Shown here one piece after another: positions 19,124 through 28,639 of a stretch of DNA of 64,000 nucleotides. The notes below the pieces were generated by a model. The model was not told where the DNA came from, made no database searches, and saw only the letters and a program-made list of their open reading frames with translations. Source of the DNA: Candidatus Zixiibacteriota bacterium (GTDB taxonomy: Bacteria; Zixibacteria; MSB-5A5; UBA10806; 4484-95); the NCBI GenBank assembly GCA_037441845.1, contig JBBIRK010000001.1:561284-625283 (forward strand), written 5' to 3'. The position numbers were made by a program, and so were the translations under genes. Each line of letters opens with the position of its first letter. Position 1 is the first letter of the stretch.

Positions 19124-21256
19124 ATGACTGGTTGGGGCAAGGGATATATCTGTCGTTTAGGGGCTGTATTGGCGCTGTCTTTCGGATTTTTCGGGAGCTT
19201 TGTTTCCGTGTATGCTATCGATGACAACACCCATTACACCACGGTCGGCAACATTTCGTTGACCGTCACCAATTACGGCATTTTCGGGACGGGGTTTTCC
19301 ACCGAAAACCAGCCGTCCTGTGAATATCCCTATGGATCCAATGTCGAGCATATGTGGTATGGCGGCTTGTGGTTCGGAGGCGAGCAGAACGGCGTGCGGA
19401 AAGTTTCGACCGGCGCCATCGATCGCTACCCTGGCAGCGGCGTTCTGGAAGGTTATGAATTCACCAACAGGGACGAACCCAACGACATCAAGAGGATAGT
19501 CGAAAAGTCGTCGCTGATTAATTCCCGTTACTATGATCCGACCGCCATTAGTCATCAGGACTTCATCTGCGACTATACCGACTCCAACCGTTCGGTGCCG
19601 CAGACGGGGGACACGATAATTCTCCACGAACCTTTCAAAATAATCGTTCATCAAGAGACCTACGCCTGGAGCATGCCTTTCGCCGACGCTTTCGTTATTT
19701 TGCGTTTCGACATAACCAATGCGAGCGGGAGCGTCGCTGATTCGATTTACAATATCTGGGCGGGATTCTGGTATGAGCCGACTATCGGGAACACCGACCT
19801 CACTCCGTTCAGCGGTCCGAACGCCCGCTGGAATTGGTACGATGACGCCTGCAATTTTCTGGACACCCTGGCCATGGGATACAAATTCGACTACGATGGA
19901 GACAACGGATTCGCCGAGAGTTATTCCGGGCTGCGTTTTCTCGGAAGCGATCCTGCTTTTTTCAGAGACGACCACGGCCAGCAACATCTTTACACCGATT
20001 CCGGAATAGTCAAATACAATATCTGGAAATGGAACAACCGTCAGGGACAGGAATTCACCGCTCCGGCCAATGATTTCGAGAGATACAACCGACTCTCCAG
20101 CGGCTTGAACGATTTCCCCACATGGAGACAGACTCCGGGGGTTTTGGCGCCGAACAATTGGGTGATGTTGATATCGACCGGACCTTTTCCGACGCTGCAT
20201 AAAGATTCCACCATGCAGGTGGTTTTCGCTATAGTTTGCGGGCGCAAATACGGCACCGACCCGGTCAATCAAGATACCTGGGCGGCCAAGACAAACCTCG
20301 TCAAGAGCGCTCATTGGGCCAAGATCGCCTATGACGGCGAGGATAAAAACGGCAATGGCATCCTTGATCCCGGAGAAGATCTGCCTGGACCGAACGGCGA
20401 GCCGCCGAACGGAGTGATCGACCGCTATCGCCTGCCGGTTCCGCCGCCGTCGCCGGTCATGAAACTGGCGGCCTCAAGCAACGAAGTGGATATTTATTGG
20501 AATAATTTCCCGGAGAGTGTGATCGACCCAGTGCTCGGGAGAGTGGATTTCGAGGGTTATCGAATTTACCGAGCGAGAATCACTCAGGACAACCAAGGAC
20601 AAGGCCTTCGGGATTTGCTCGAACTGATCGGCGAGTTCGATATAATCGACTCGATCGGATATAACACCGGCATGGGATATATCGCATTGCCGGAACCGGT
20701 GGTTATCGACGGCGACACCATGTATTATAAATTCGTCTGCGACAATTTGCTCGACGGCTGGCAGTATGCATTCGCGGTCACCGCTTTCGATACCGGCGAT
20801 CCGGTCAACAATCTCGAAAGCCTCGAATCGAGTCCACTGCTGAACGCGACCCGGGTGATCCCGGGATCAACCCCCTCTGCGAAAGCCAAAGTGGGCGTTT
20901 TCCCGAATCCTTACCGTGCATGGGCGCTGTGGGACGGCCGCGGCGCGGACGGCCCGAAAGAACGACTGCGCAAGTTGCATTTCTTCAATCTTCCGGAAAA
21001 ATGCACGATCACGATCTACACGCTTGCCGGAGAGATTGTCGATAGAATCGACCACGACGCCGCTAATTACGGCGGCGAAGATATCGCCTGGTATCAAAAT
21101 TATGCCGGGGAAGACGTAGTGTTTTCCGGCGGATTTCACAGCTGGGATATAGTTTCCGAATCCGATCAGGCATTGGCCAGCGGCATGTATTTGTACAGCG
21201 TAAAAGACGAGGTCTCGGGAGATATTCAACGCGGAAAATTTATAATTATCAAATGA
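19124..21256 (+). CDS. Secreted protein with FN3-like region and variant T9SS-like CTD; first gene of the TonB/PorV cluster
   Basis: Signal peptide; VGNISLTVTNYG...SCEYPYGS..EHM..GGLWFG; GEDKNGNGILDPGED Ca-loop; DFEGYRIYR; VFPNPY...FFNLP..CTITIYTLAGE...ASGMYLY...GKFIIIK. Confidence 0.82.
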   Translation: MTGWGKGYICRLGAVLALSFGFFGSFVSVYAIDDNTHYTTVGNISLTVTNYGIFGTGFSTENQPSCEYPYGSNVEHMWYGGLWFGGEQNGVRKVSTGAIDRYPGSGVLEGYEFTNRDEPNDIKRIVEKSSLINSRYYDPTAISHQDFICDYTDSNRSVPQTGDTIILHEPFKIIVHQETYAWSMPFADAFVILRFDITNASGSVADSIYNIWAGFWYEPTIGNTDLTPFSGPNARWNWYDDACNFLDTLAMGYKFDYDGDNGFAESYSGLRFLGSDPAFFRDDHGQQHLYTDSGIVKYNIWKWNNRQGQEFTAPANDFERYNRLSSGLNDFPTWRQTPGVLAPNNWVMLISTGPFPTLHKDSTMQVVFAIVCGRKYGTDPVNQDTWAAKTNLVKSAHWAKIAYDGEDKNGNGILDPGEDLPGPNGEPPNGVIDRYRLPVPPPSPVMKLAASSNEVDIYWNNFPESVIDPVLGRVDFEGYRIYRARITQDNQGQGLRDLLELIGEFDIIDSIGYNTGMGYIALPEPVVIDGDTMYYKFVCDNLLDGWQYAFAVTAFDTGDPVNNLESLESSPLLNATRVIPGSTPSAKAKVGVFPNPYRAWALWDGRGADGPKERLRKLHFFNLPEKCTITIYTLAGEIVDRIDHDAANYGGEDIAWYQNYAGEDVVFSGGFHSWDIVSESDQALASGMYLYSVKDEVSGDIQRGKFIIIK

Positions 21257-21269
21257 AAGGATTTTTAAC

Positions 21270-23267
21270 ATGAAAAGGGTTATGGCTTTCGCATTGCTGG
21301 GGGCCGTGGCGATGGCGGCAGTAGGCCTTGCCCAATACCCTCTGATGTCGATTCGACAGATCCAAGAGGTCCCTGTCGGACGCGACAGTTCATTCTACGC
21401 CGGCGATACCGTGCGCGTCAGCGGTGTAGTGGTGGCGGGCACCGGCTTGTATTATGCCGGGGCCGGCGTAACTTTTTATATGCAGAACACCGGCGGTGGT
21501 CCATGGTCGGGGATAATGGCCTATAACCCCTCGGCAACCGGATTCCCCACACTGATTCCGGGCGATTCGATTTCATGCACGGCGAGAATCAGCGAATACG
21601 GCTGGAACGGGCCGCCTTTCTGCACCATGACCGAATTGGATATTCTGCCCGGCACTTTCCAGTTTCATTCGTTCGGCAATCCCGAACCGCCGGCTTTGGT
21701 GACTACCGCAGCCATGCTCGATTCCACCAACAATTCCGACTCATTAGGCGAGCAATTCGAGGGCGTTTATTGCCGCGTGAACGAAGTCACCGTAGATTCG
21801 GTGATCGTTTACTCGAACACCAGCACCTGGATTTGCCACGACACCACCGGTCATCAATTCATGGTGCGCGAGGCTTCCGACTCGATCAGCTTCCTGCCGA
21901 CTGTCGGCATGACGTTCGCCTACGTTCAGGGGGTCATCTACCATCGTTTCGGCAATTACAACCTTCAGCCGCGATATATGCGCGACATGCAATTGCCGAC
22001 CGGAGCCCCGATTATCAGCAACGTCTATCATTCACCGGCCAATCCGATAAATGCCGGCCCCACCGACGCCGACAGCGTGGCGATCTACGCCAATATCGTG
22101 GATAATGACTCGGTCACCAACGCCTGGCTGCGCTATCGATTCAATCTCGGGAGCTGGCAAACCGTGGTGATGAATCGGGGATCCAACAATTACTGGTCTT
22201 TCCGTTTCCCGCCGCTGCCGGCCAATTATAGAGTCGATTACTACATCAAGGCTCAAGATATAAGCGGTGATACCAGCCGCTCACCCGATCAGGCGCCCAT
22301 CAGCTTCTACCAATTCCGGGTCCAACAGCCGCGCGAGATGACGATCGCTCAGTCAAAGATCGATTCCGACAACAATTTCGAGCCCGACATGATGGATTCG
22401 GCGGTAACCCTGACAGGTATCGCCACCAGCTACAATTTCTCCACCACCCGCACCGATTTCTACATGCAAGACGCCACCGCGGGGATCAGCGTGGTGTTTT
22501 TCGGAACGCCCATGGTTAATATCTCAATCGGTGATTCGGTGAGGGCGACCGGCACGATTGATCAATACTACGGCAAGACCCAGCTCGTGGCCAACCGGGC
22601 CAGCCGTATCCAGATACTGGCCAATAATCGTCCCTTCGACACTTTATGGGTAACCTGTTCTCAGCTCGGGGAAAACGTGGGAGAGGCGAATGAGGGGCGT
22701 TTGGCGATGGTCGATCCCGCCAACATAGTGGACGATCCCGATCCCTGGCCCTTGCTCGGGGTATCGGCGACCATGACTATCACCGATGTCACCGGCAGCG
22801 CCGCCTTGAGAATCGACCGCAGCACTAATATTCCCGGGCAGAACCGACCGGTCGGACCCCAGAAAATAGTCGGCGTCATCGGCCAATACGATCTTGATCG
22901 ACCTTACAGCGGCGGCTATCAGTTGATGCCCCGGATGTATGCCGATTTCACCAACTCGACCGACATCGATGATCATGCGTTACTGCCGGATGCCACCACG
23001 CTGCACCAGAATTATCCTAACCCGTTCAACCCATCGACGACCATAAGCTATCATTTGGCCCGGCCGAGCGATGTTTCGATTAAAATCTACGATATTATGG
23101 GGCGGGTCGTATTCGATTTCCATAGAGACGACGCTCCCGCAGGCGCACACACGTTCGTCTGGGATGGCAACGATAATGATGGCCGGCCGCTGGCCAGCGG
23201 TATATATTTCTACAAGATGAGTGCGCAAGGGTTCGTGGAAACCAAGAGGATGGTGCTTTTGAAATAG
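21270..23267 (+). CDS. Secreted protein with repeated OB-fold-like domains, an Ig-like domain and T9SS/FlgD-type CTD
   Basis: Signal peptide; two copies of [V.V.G(V/I)...FYMQ(N/D)...G(I)...GDS(I/V)...(R/T)I.(E/Q)Y]+[E..EG...V...Y.L.PR...D]; QNYPNPFNP...LASGIYFY...KRMVLLK. Confidence 0.82.
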   Translation: MKRVMAFALLGAVAMAAVGLAQYPLMSIRQIQEVPVGRDSSFYAGDTVRVSGVVVAGTGLYYAGAGVTFYMQNTGGGPWSGIMAYNPSATGFPTLIPGDSISCTARISEYGWNGPPFCTMTELDILPGTFQFHSFGNPEPPALVTTAAMLDSTNNSDSLGEQFEGVYCRVNEVTVDSVIVYSNTSTWICHDTTGHQFMVREASDSISFLPTVGMTFAYVQGVIYHRFGNYNLQPRYMRDMQLPTGAPIISNVYHSPANPINAGPTDADSVAIYANIVDNDSVTNAWLRYRFNLGSWQTVVMNRGSNNYWSFRFPPLPANYRVDYYIKAQDISGDTSRSPDQAPISFYQFRVQQPREMTIAQSKIDSDNNFEPDMMDSAVTLTGIATSYNFSTTRTDFYMQDATAGISVVFFGTPMVNISIGDSVRATGTIDQYYGKTQLVANRASRIQILANNRPFDTLWVTCSQLGENVGEANEGRLAMVDPANIVDDPDPWPLLGVSATMTITDVTGSAALRIDRSTNIPGQNRPVGPQKIVGVIGQYDLDRPYSGGYQLMPRMYADFTNSTDIDDHALLPDATTLHQNYPNPFNPSTTISYHLARPSDVSIKIYDIMGRVVFDFHRDDAPAGAHTFVWDGNDNDGRPLASGIYFYKMSAQGFVETKRMVLLK

Positions 23268-23360
23268 CCGCCGAGGAATTTTCCCGCTCCGACTGATCGG
23301 GCGGAGCATCCATAGCCGGGATAGTTCGTTCACGAAATTCTTCGGGGTGGCGGCTGCCTA

Positions 23361-24806
23361 ATGCGGCAAGCGAGGGAATTATTGCGTAGGTTATGCAGTC
23401 TGTTGCTGCCGATTGCGCTGTTTATCGGCTGCAGCGAAAATAAACCATCACAACCATATCCCAACCGACCTCCGGAAACCAAGCTGTTTTTGGCCCTGGG
23501 CGATTCGCTCGGCGTTCCCGATACCACCGCCATGCCCGATACGACCACCTCGACGAAAGTGCTTTACTGGTATGGCGATGACCCCGACGGTGAAGTTATC
23601 GGCTACCAATGGGCTTGGCAGGATACGCATTCGCCGGGAGCTTGGACGTTCACTCCTTTTACGATGGACACTTTTTATGTGCCGATACGCCGGCAATTCG
23701 ATTATTTCACTTTTTATGTCCGCGCCATGGACAACGATTCCGCCCTGGACCCCACGCCGGCGAAGATGACCTTTCCAATCGTCAACTCGCCGCCTTGGGT
23801 TCGTTTTCCCGCCGCCTTCTCCAACGTCTATGATACCGCCTATTTCGCGTCGTTCGGCTATTTCACTTTCATTTGGTCCGGGGGCGACCCTGACGGCGAC
23901 GAAACAGTGGCCGGTTATCAATGGTATCTGGGTGATTCCTCAATGCGCCCCTCGGATCTCGACACGGTCACCTGGAACCATCTCGACTCCTTGACGACCA
24001 GCCTCACGTTTACCGACCTTCAACCGGGTTTTTACAGATTTTTCATCAGAAATTACGACATCGCCGGCGCCGTCAGCCCTATAGAATTTTATCCGGACAC
24101 TTTGCGGGGAGCCTGGGAGGTAAAAGAAAAAGTCGGGAATATACTTTATGTCGATGACAACATTTATTTCTTCAGCAGCGAGTCCATTTTCATAGATATT
24201 CTCGATTCGCTTTATCCGGCGAACTATTCCACCCTCAATTTCGAAAAGAGAACTTTCTTCTACCTGCCCGATATAGATTCGACCTTGAGTTTGTTCGACA
24301 TCGTCATCTGGAACGCCGGATCGGACCGCCACTTGACCCAGGCGGCCGGCGGCATAACGGCCATGGTGCAAAACGGCGGTCATCTGATGATCAACCTGAC
24401 TTATTCGACCAGAGATACGGTCATTCATCCTTTTCTGCCGATGAGCGCCGTCACCCGAACCAATATCGACCGTCCGATGTTTTTCACCATTCCGGCCGGA
24501 TACGACACGATCCGGGGTTGGCCCGACACGTCGATTCAGGTATATCCCGATACGCTTTACGCCACGGTGCCGCTTTCGTTTACGTTCGGATTTGCGCCCG
24601 CCAAACCGCAGGGCGTCTCCGGCAACGGCTATGAAGTGTTATATGTCACCGCCGGTGAAACCACGGCTGTCCGTTTTCCCGCCTACGATACAGCCGATCC
24701 CCAGCCCGCGAAAGTGGTGATGTTCTCGTTCGCCGTTTTCGATTGCAACGGCCACGGTAATTTTCGCAATATGTTCGCCAATATCTTGCAGAGCGAGTTT
24801 CGTTGA
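23361..24806 (+). CDS. Lipoprotein with two Ig/Y_Y_Y-like repeats and a C-terminal alpha/beta domain
   Basis: Lipobox FIGC; duplicated W.G.DPDG..V.GYQW...F.(V/I)R..D; NILYVDD...FDIVIWN...GGHLMI. Confidence 0.8.
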   Translation: MRQARELLRRLCSLLLPIALFIGCSENKPSQPYPNRPPETKLFLALGDSLGVPDTTAMPDTTTSTKVLYWYGDDPDGEVIGYQWAWQDTHSPGAWTFTPFTMDTFYVPIRRQFDYFTFYVRAMDNDSALDPTPAKMTFPIVNSPPWVRFPAAFSNVYDTAYFASFGYFTFIWSGGDPDGDETVAGYQWYLGDSSMRPSDLDTVTWNHLDSLTTSLTFTDLQPGFYRFFIRNYDIAGAVSPIEFYPDTLRGAWEVKEKVGNILYVDDNIYFFSSESIFIDILDSLYPANYSTLNFEKRTFFYLPDIDSTLSLFDIVIWNAGSDRHLTQAAGGITAMVQNGGHLMINLTYSTRDTVIHPFLPMSAVTRTNIDRPMFFTIPAGYDTIRGWPDTSIQVYPDTLYATVPLSFTFGFAPAKPQGVSGNGYEVLYVTAGETTAVRFPAYDTADPQPAKVVMFSFAVFDCNGHGNFRNMFANILQSEFR

Positions 24807-27622
24807 TGAATAATTATATGAAATTGGCAATCGCTTTTTGCCTGACAGCTACGCTGATTATGGCTCCAGACGGTAGGGCGGCCGTCATCAAGGGAACGGT
24901 GAGCGACAACACCACCAAGGAGCCGCTGCCGGGCGTGGCGGTCATGGTCAAGGGCACCTATTACGGCGCCGCCAGCGACATCAACGGATTCTACAAAATA
25001 GCCAATGTGAAAGGCGGCTCCTACACTATAGAGGTCAGCCAAATAGGCTACAAGGTGGTCCAAAAAACCGGAGTCAAAATCGACGACGACGACACTTTAA
25101 GCCTCGATTTCCGTCTCGAGCCGACCGTCTTGACGCTGGGAAAAGACATTGTGGTATTAGGGGAGAAGCCGCTGATGGATATTGAGGCCACCGAGAGCCG
25201 GACAACCCTCAATTCGGAGCAGATAAAAAATCTCGTGGTGGAGAACGTCGCCGATATATTGAAAAATCAATCGGGGGTTGTCTCTGTCGGCGATGAAATC
25301 CATATCCGGGGCGGGCGCGCCTATGAAAACGCCTATCTTGTCGATGGCATCTCCATACAGGATCCTTATTCGGGCGGCACCGCCGGCTTGAATATCACCG
25401 CCGGCGCCATTGAGGAGTTCGAGGTGCTCACCGGCGGGTTCAACGCCGAATACGGCCAGGCGATGTCGGGCGTGGTGCAAGTGCGCACCAAAGAGGGATC
25501 GACCCAGAAATACTCGGGTAGGCTGCAATATAAGACCGACGATTTCGGGCTTTTCAAACCGGCGACTGTGGATAGCCAGGGAAAGGTCAAATCATCCAAT
25601 TTCAACACCGACGTAGCCGAACTGCAACTTTCCGGACCGATTCCGATCGGATCCAAAACCAGCTTCTTCGGCTCGCTTTACACTAATATCTCCGATACTT
25701 ATTTGCCCCATACCCGAAATCTATACACGCCCGTATTCTACGGTTCGCGGTTCACGCCCCGCGAGGCCAACGATTACTCGGGCATGCTCAAGATCACTCA
25801 TCGATTCAAACCGACGCTGAAGCTGGCCGCCTCGTTTTCGGGTTCGGCCGAGATCGACCAGGGTTTTCAGGCGAACGATTTCGAAAATCCCGATCCAGAT
25901 TTCGAATCTTTCCCTTATCAATTTCAGAACATCCTGGCCAATTACAACACCCGCACCCGTGTTTCCAACAGCCAATCGCTGTCGTTGAATCACACCACCA
26001 GCACCCGCTTCTTCTACGAGCTGAAACTGGCGAGGTTTTTCACCCAATTGCGCTCGGCGGTCGCCGACAAGAACTGGTATGATTACCATCAGCAGCCGAT
26101 CGATATCCTGCCGATCAACTATTTCTACGTGCCCGATTCGAATCCTTACGACGGCATCGACGACTCGCACTACGAAATCACCACCGGCGATGGCTTTTAT
26201 GATTATGGCGAGGGGGATCAGTGGCGCGATTATTATTTTCAGCAGTACACGGTCAAGTGGGATGGCAACCTCAGCTCGGGGACGCGGCATCTGTTCAAGG
26301 GCGGACTGGAGGGGAATTTCCAGGAAATCCAGATGGTTGATATCAACAACCCGGGGGTCGGCCGCGGCCGTCTCGGGCTCGACCACGATATTTATAAAGT
26401 GCGTCCCTCAACGGGGGCTATGTATGTTCAGGACAAAATCAACTCTTCGGGCCTGATTGTCAACGTGGGCCTGCGTTTGGATTGGTGGTTCCCTGGTTCC
26501 TATATCGATCGTATCATAAAAGACGAAAATTCCGAAATAATCTCGCCGGCGCTCAGGGAATCTTACTATAAAGACACATTCAGTTTCTTCGGCAGACGCG
26601 GCAAAGCGCACCTTTCCCCGCGGGTCGGGATTTCCCACCCCGTCACCGAAAACATGATGTTGTTTTATTCGTACGGTCACTTTTCGAAATTGCCCCAGCC
26701 GCAGCGGGTGTATGCCAAACTGTCGTCGGTTTCCACATCGAGCTCCTATCCCTTGTTCGGCAATCCCAATCTCAACCCCGAAACCACTGTTTCCTACGAA
26801 CTGGGGCTTCGCTACGAGGTGACCGCCAACGACGTTCTGTCGGTTACCGCCTACTACAAAGACATTTTCGATTATATAGCGGCTTTCAGCATCACCCAGG
26901 GCGGCCGTTACTCAAATCAGAATTTCATTATGTACTTCAATCTCGACTACGCCAGATCGCGGGGGATCGAGCTCGAATTCAAAAAACGGGCCAGCCGCCT
27001 TCTCAACATGACCATACAGGCTTCCTATTCGGTGGCGACCGGCAAGAGCTCGTCACCCAAAGACGAACTTCTGGTGGCCCGGGGAGAGCTCGAGGAAAAA
27101 TCGATAAAAGAAAATTACCTGTCCTGGGACAGGCCGCTGAGTTTTTCGGCCGATTTCTCGTTGTTCGCCGGCAAAGGAGAGCACTACAGCCTTTTTGGAC
27201 TGCGCCTGCCTGACTATTGGAATCTTTACCTGAGGCTTTTTTGGCAATCGGGCAAGAGATATACCACTTATACGCGGGTGGAAAGCGAGGGAGAGGAAAC
27301 ACAATATATTAAAAACAACAACGATCCTTACAGTCGCACCGCCCAGGCATGGCGCTGGGCCGACCTCAGCCTGAAAAAGCATTTCCGGTTCCAGGGATTG
27401 CAATACTCCGTGTTCATGGAAATCACCAATATAACGAACGCGCAGAATTCGAAAATCATAAATCCGCTGACCGGCAAGGCATACGAATACGGCGATGAGG
27501 TTCTGCCCGGCTGGAACGATCCTCTCAATCCCGATCGCAACCCAACATCTCCATTCCCGTTCGACCCCTCCCGCTATCTGGCGCCGCGCAACATCAAATT
27601 GGGGGTTTCCATATCGTGGTGA
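24806..27622 (+). CDS. TonB-dependent receptor with N-terminal carboxypeptidase-regulatory-like domain
   Basis: IKGTVSD..TKEPLPGV.V; plug IHIRGGR..ENAYLVDG...GGFNAEYGQAMSGVV; GNPNLNPETTVSYELG; terminal PRNIKLGVSISW; TGATG coupling (alternative ATG at 24818). Confidence 0.92.
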   Translation: MNNYMKLAIAFCLTATLIMAPDGRAAVIKGTVSDNTTKEPLPGVAVMVKGTYYGAASDINGFYKIANVKGGSYTIEVSQIGYKVVQKTGVKIDDDDTLSLDFRLEPTVLTLGKDIVVLGEKPLMDIEATESRTTLNSEQIKNLVVENVADILKNQSGVVSVGDEIHIRGGRAYENAYLVDGISIQDPYSGGTAGLNITAGAIEEFEVLTGGFNAEYGQAMSGVVQVRTKEGSTQKYSGRLQYKTDDFGLFKPATVDSQGKVKSSNFNTDVAELQLSGPIPIGSKTSFFGSLYTNISDTYLPHTRNLYTPVFYGSRFTPREANDYSGMLKITHRFKPTLKLAASFSGSAEIDQGFQANDFENPDPDFESFPYQFQNILANYNTRTRVSNSQSLSLNHTTSTRFFYELKLARFFTQLRSAVADKNWYDYHQQPIDILPINYFYVPDSNPYDGIDDSHYEITTGDGFYDYGEGDQWRDYYFQQYTVKWDGNLSSGTRHLFKGGLEGNFQEIQMVDINNPGVGRGRLGLDHDIYKVRPSTGAMYVQDKINSSGLIVNVGLRLDWWFPGSYIDRIIKDENSEIISPALRESYYKDTFSFFGRRGKAHLSPRVGISHPVTENMMLFYSYGHFSKLPQPQRVYAKLSSVSTSSSYPLFGNPNLNPETTVSYELGLRYEVTANDVLSVTAYYKDIFDYIAAFSITQGGRYSNQNFIMYFNLDYARSRGIELEFKKRASRLLNMTIQASYSVATGKSSSPKDELLVARGELEEKSIKENYLSWDRPLSFSADFSLFAGKGEHYSLFGLRLPDYWNLYLRLFWQSGKRYTTYTRVESEGEETQYIKNNNDPYSRTAQAWRWADLSLKKHFRFQGLQYSVFMEITNITNAQNSKIINPLTGKAYEYGDEVLPGWNDPLNPDRNPTSPFPFDPSRYLAPRNIKLGVSISW

Positions 27623-28632
27623 TAAGAAAGCCGCTCTTGACATTGGCGATTGTCGTTGCGGGCATTGTCATGTTCGGCCCGGGTCAATCGGCCTCGGCGT
27701 TCAATATCTTCCCGAGCCTCGGCGGCAGCCGTTCGGGCACTGCGGCGATGACGTTTCTGAGAATAGGAGTCGGAGCCCGCGCGGCCGCCATGGCCGGAGC
27801 GTATTCGTCGATGTGCACCGACGCTTTCTCGCTGTATCACAATCCTGCGGGCGCGGTTTGGGCGGAAAAAGACAATGTCGCCGTGGCGCATAGGCTCTGG
27901 GTGGCCGACATCAGTCACAATTTCGTGGGGATTACCAAGCATTTCGGAGAATATAACGTCGTAGGCTTATCTTTGATCAGCCTGACCACCGATCCGATTG
28001 CGGTCACCGATGAATATCACCCCTATGGCACCGGCGAAACCATGGAATATTCGGATTTCGCTGTCGGAGGTAGCTACTCGGTCCGGCTCACGGATTACTT
28101 TTCGTTCGGACTGACCATAAAATATGCGCAGGAAAACCTCGCCGATCTGAAAATTCACGCCACCTTGATCGATCTCGGCACACTGTATCATACCGGTTTT
28201 TACGGCACGCGGTTCGCGATAAACATGGCCAATTTCGGCCCCCGCCTGCAACCATCGGGAAACTACATCTATAAAACGGTCTCCGGTGAGTTGATCCAAA
28301 AAGAGTATCAGTCTTTTTCACCGCCGACCGTATTCAAGGTTTCGGTGGCTTTCGATCCTTTGGCCGACGACGGCAACAAACTGTCCTGCATCTCCCAGCT
28401 TAATCATCCCACGGACAACGCCGAAAATATAGCTTTGGGTCTTGAATATTCTCTGAACGATAGACTGTTTCTCAGGGGCGGCTATCTGATCAATTCGCGG
28501 GTCGAAAATTACTCGCTGGGCGGAGGACTGAAAATAGATCTGCCGTTTGCCGCATTTTCGTTCGATTACGCCTACACCGGTATGAGCGACCTGGGAGGCA
28601 CGAGCAATTTTTCGCTGGTGCTGGGATTTTGA
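27616..28632 (+). CDS. PorV/PorQ-family outer-membrane beta-barrel
   Basis: GTAAMTFLRIGVGARAAAMAGA...NPAG N-terminal signature; GLEY....LFLRGGY; FDYAY...DLG; terminal F. Confidence 0.87.
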   Translation: MVIRKPLLTLAIVVAGIVMFGPGQSASAFNIFPSLGGSRSGTAAMTFLRIGVGARAAAMAGAYSSMCTDAFSLYHNPAGAVWAEKDNVAVAHRLWVADISHNFVGITKHFGEYNVVGLSLISLTTDPIAVTDEYHPYGTGETMEYSDFAVGGSYSVRLTDYFSFGLTIKYAQENLADLKIHATLIDLGTLYHTGFYGTRFAINMANFGPRLQPSGNYIYKTVSGELIQKEYQSFSPPTVFKVSVAFDPLADDGNKLSCISQLNHPTDNAENIALGLEYSLNDRLFLRGGYLINSRVENYSLGGGLKIDLPFAAFSFDYAYTGMSDLGGTSNFSLVLGF

Positions 28633-28639
28633 GATAAGC

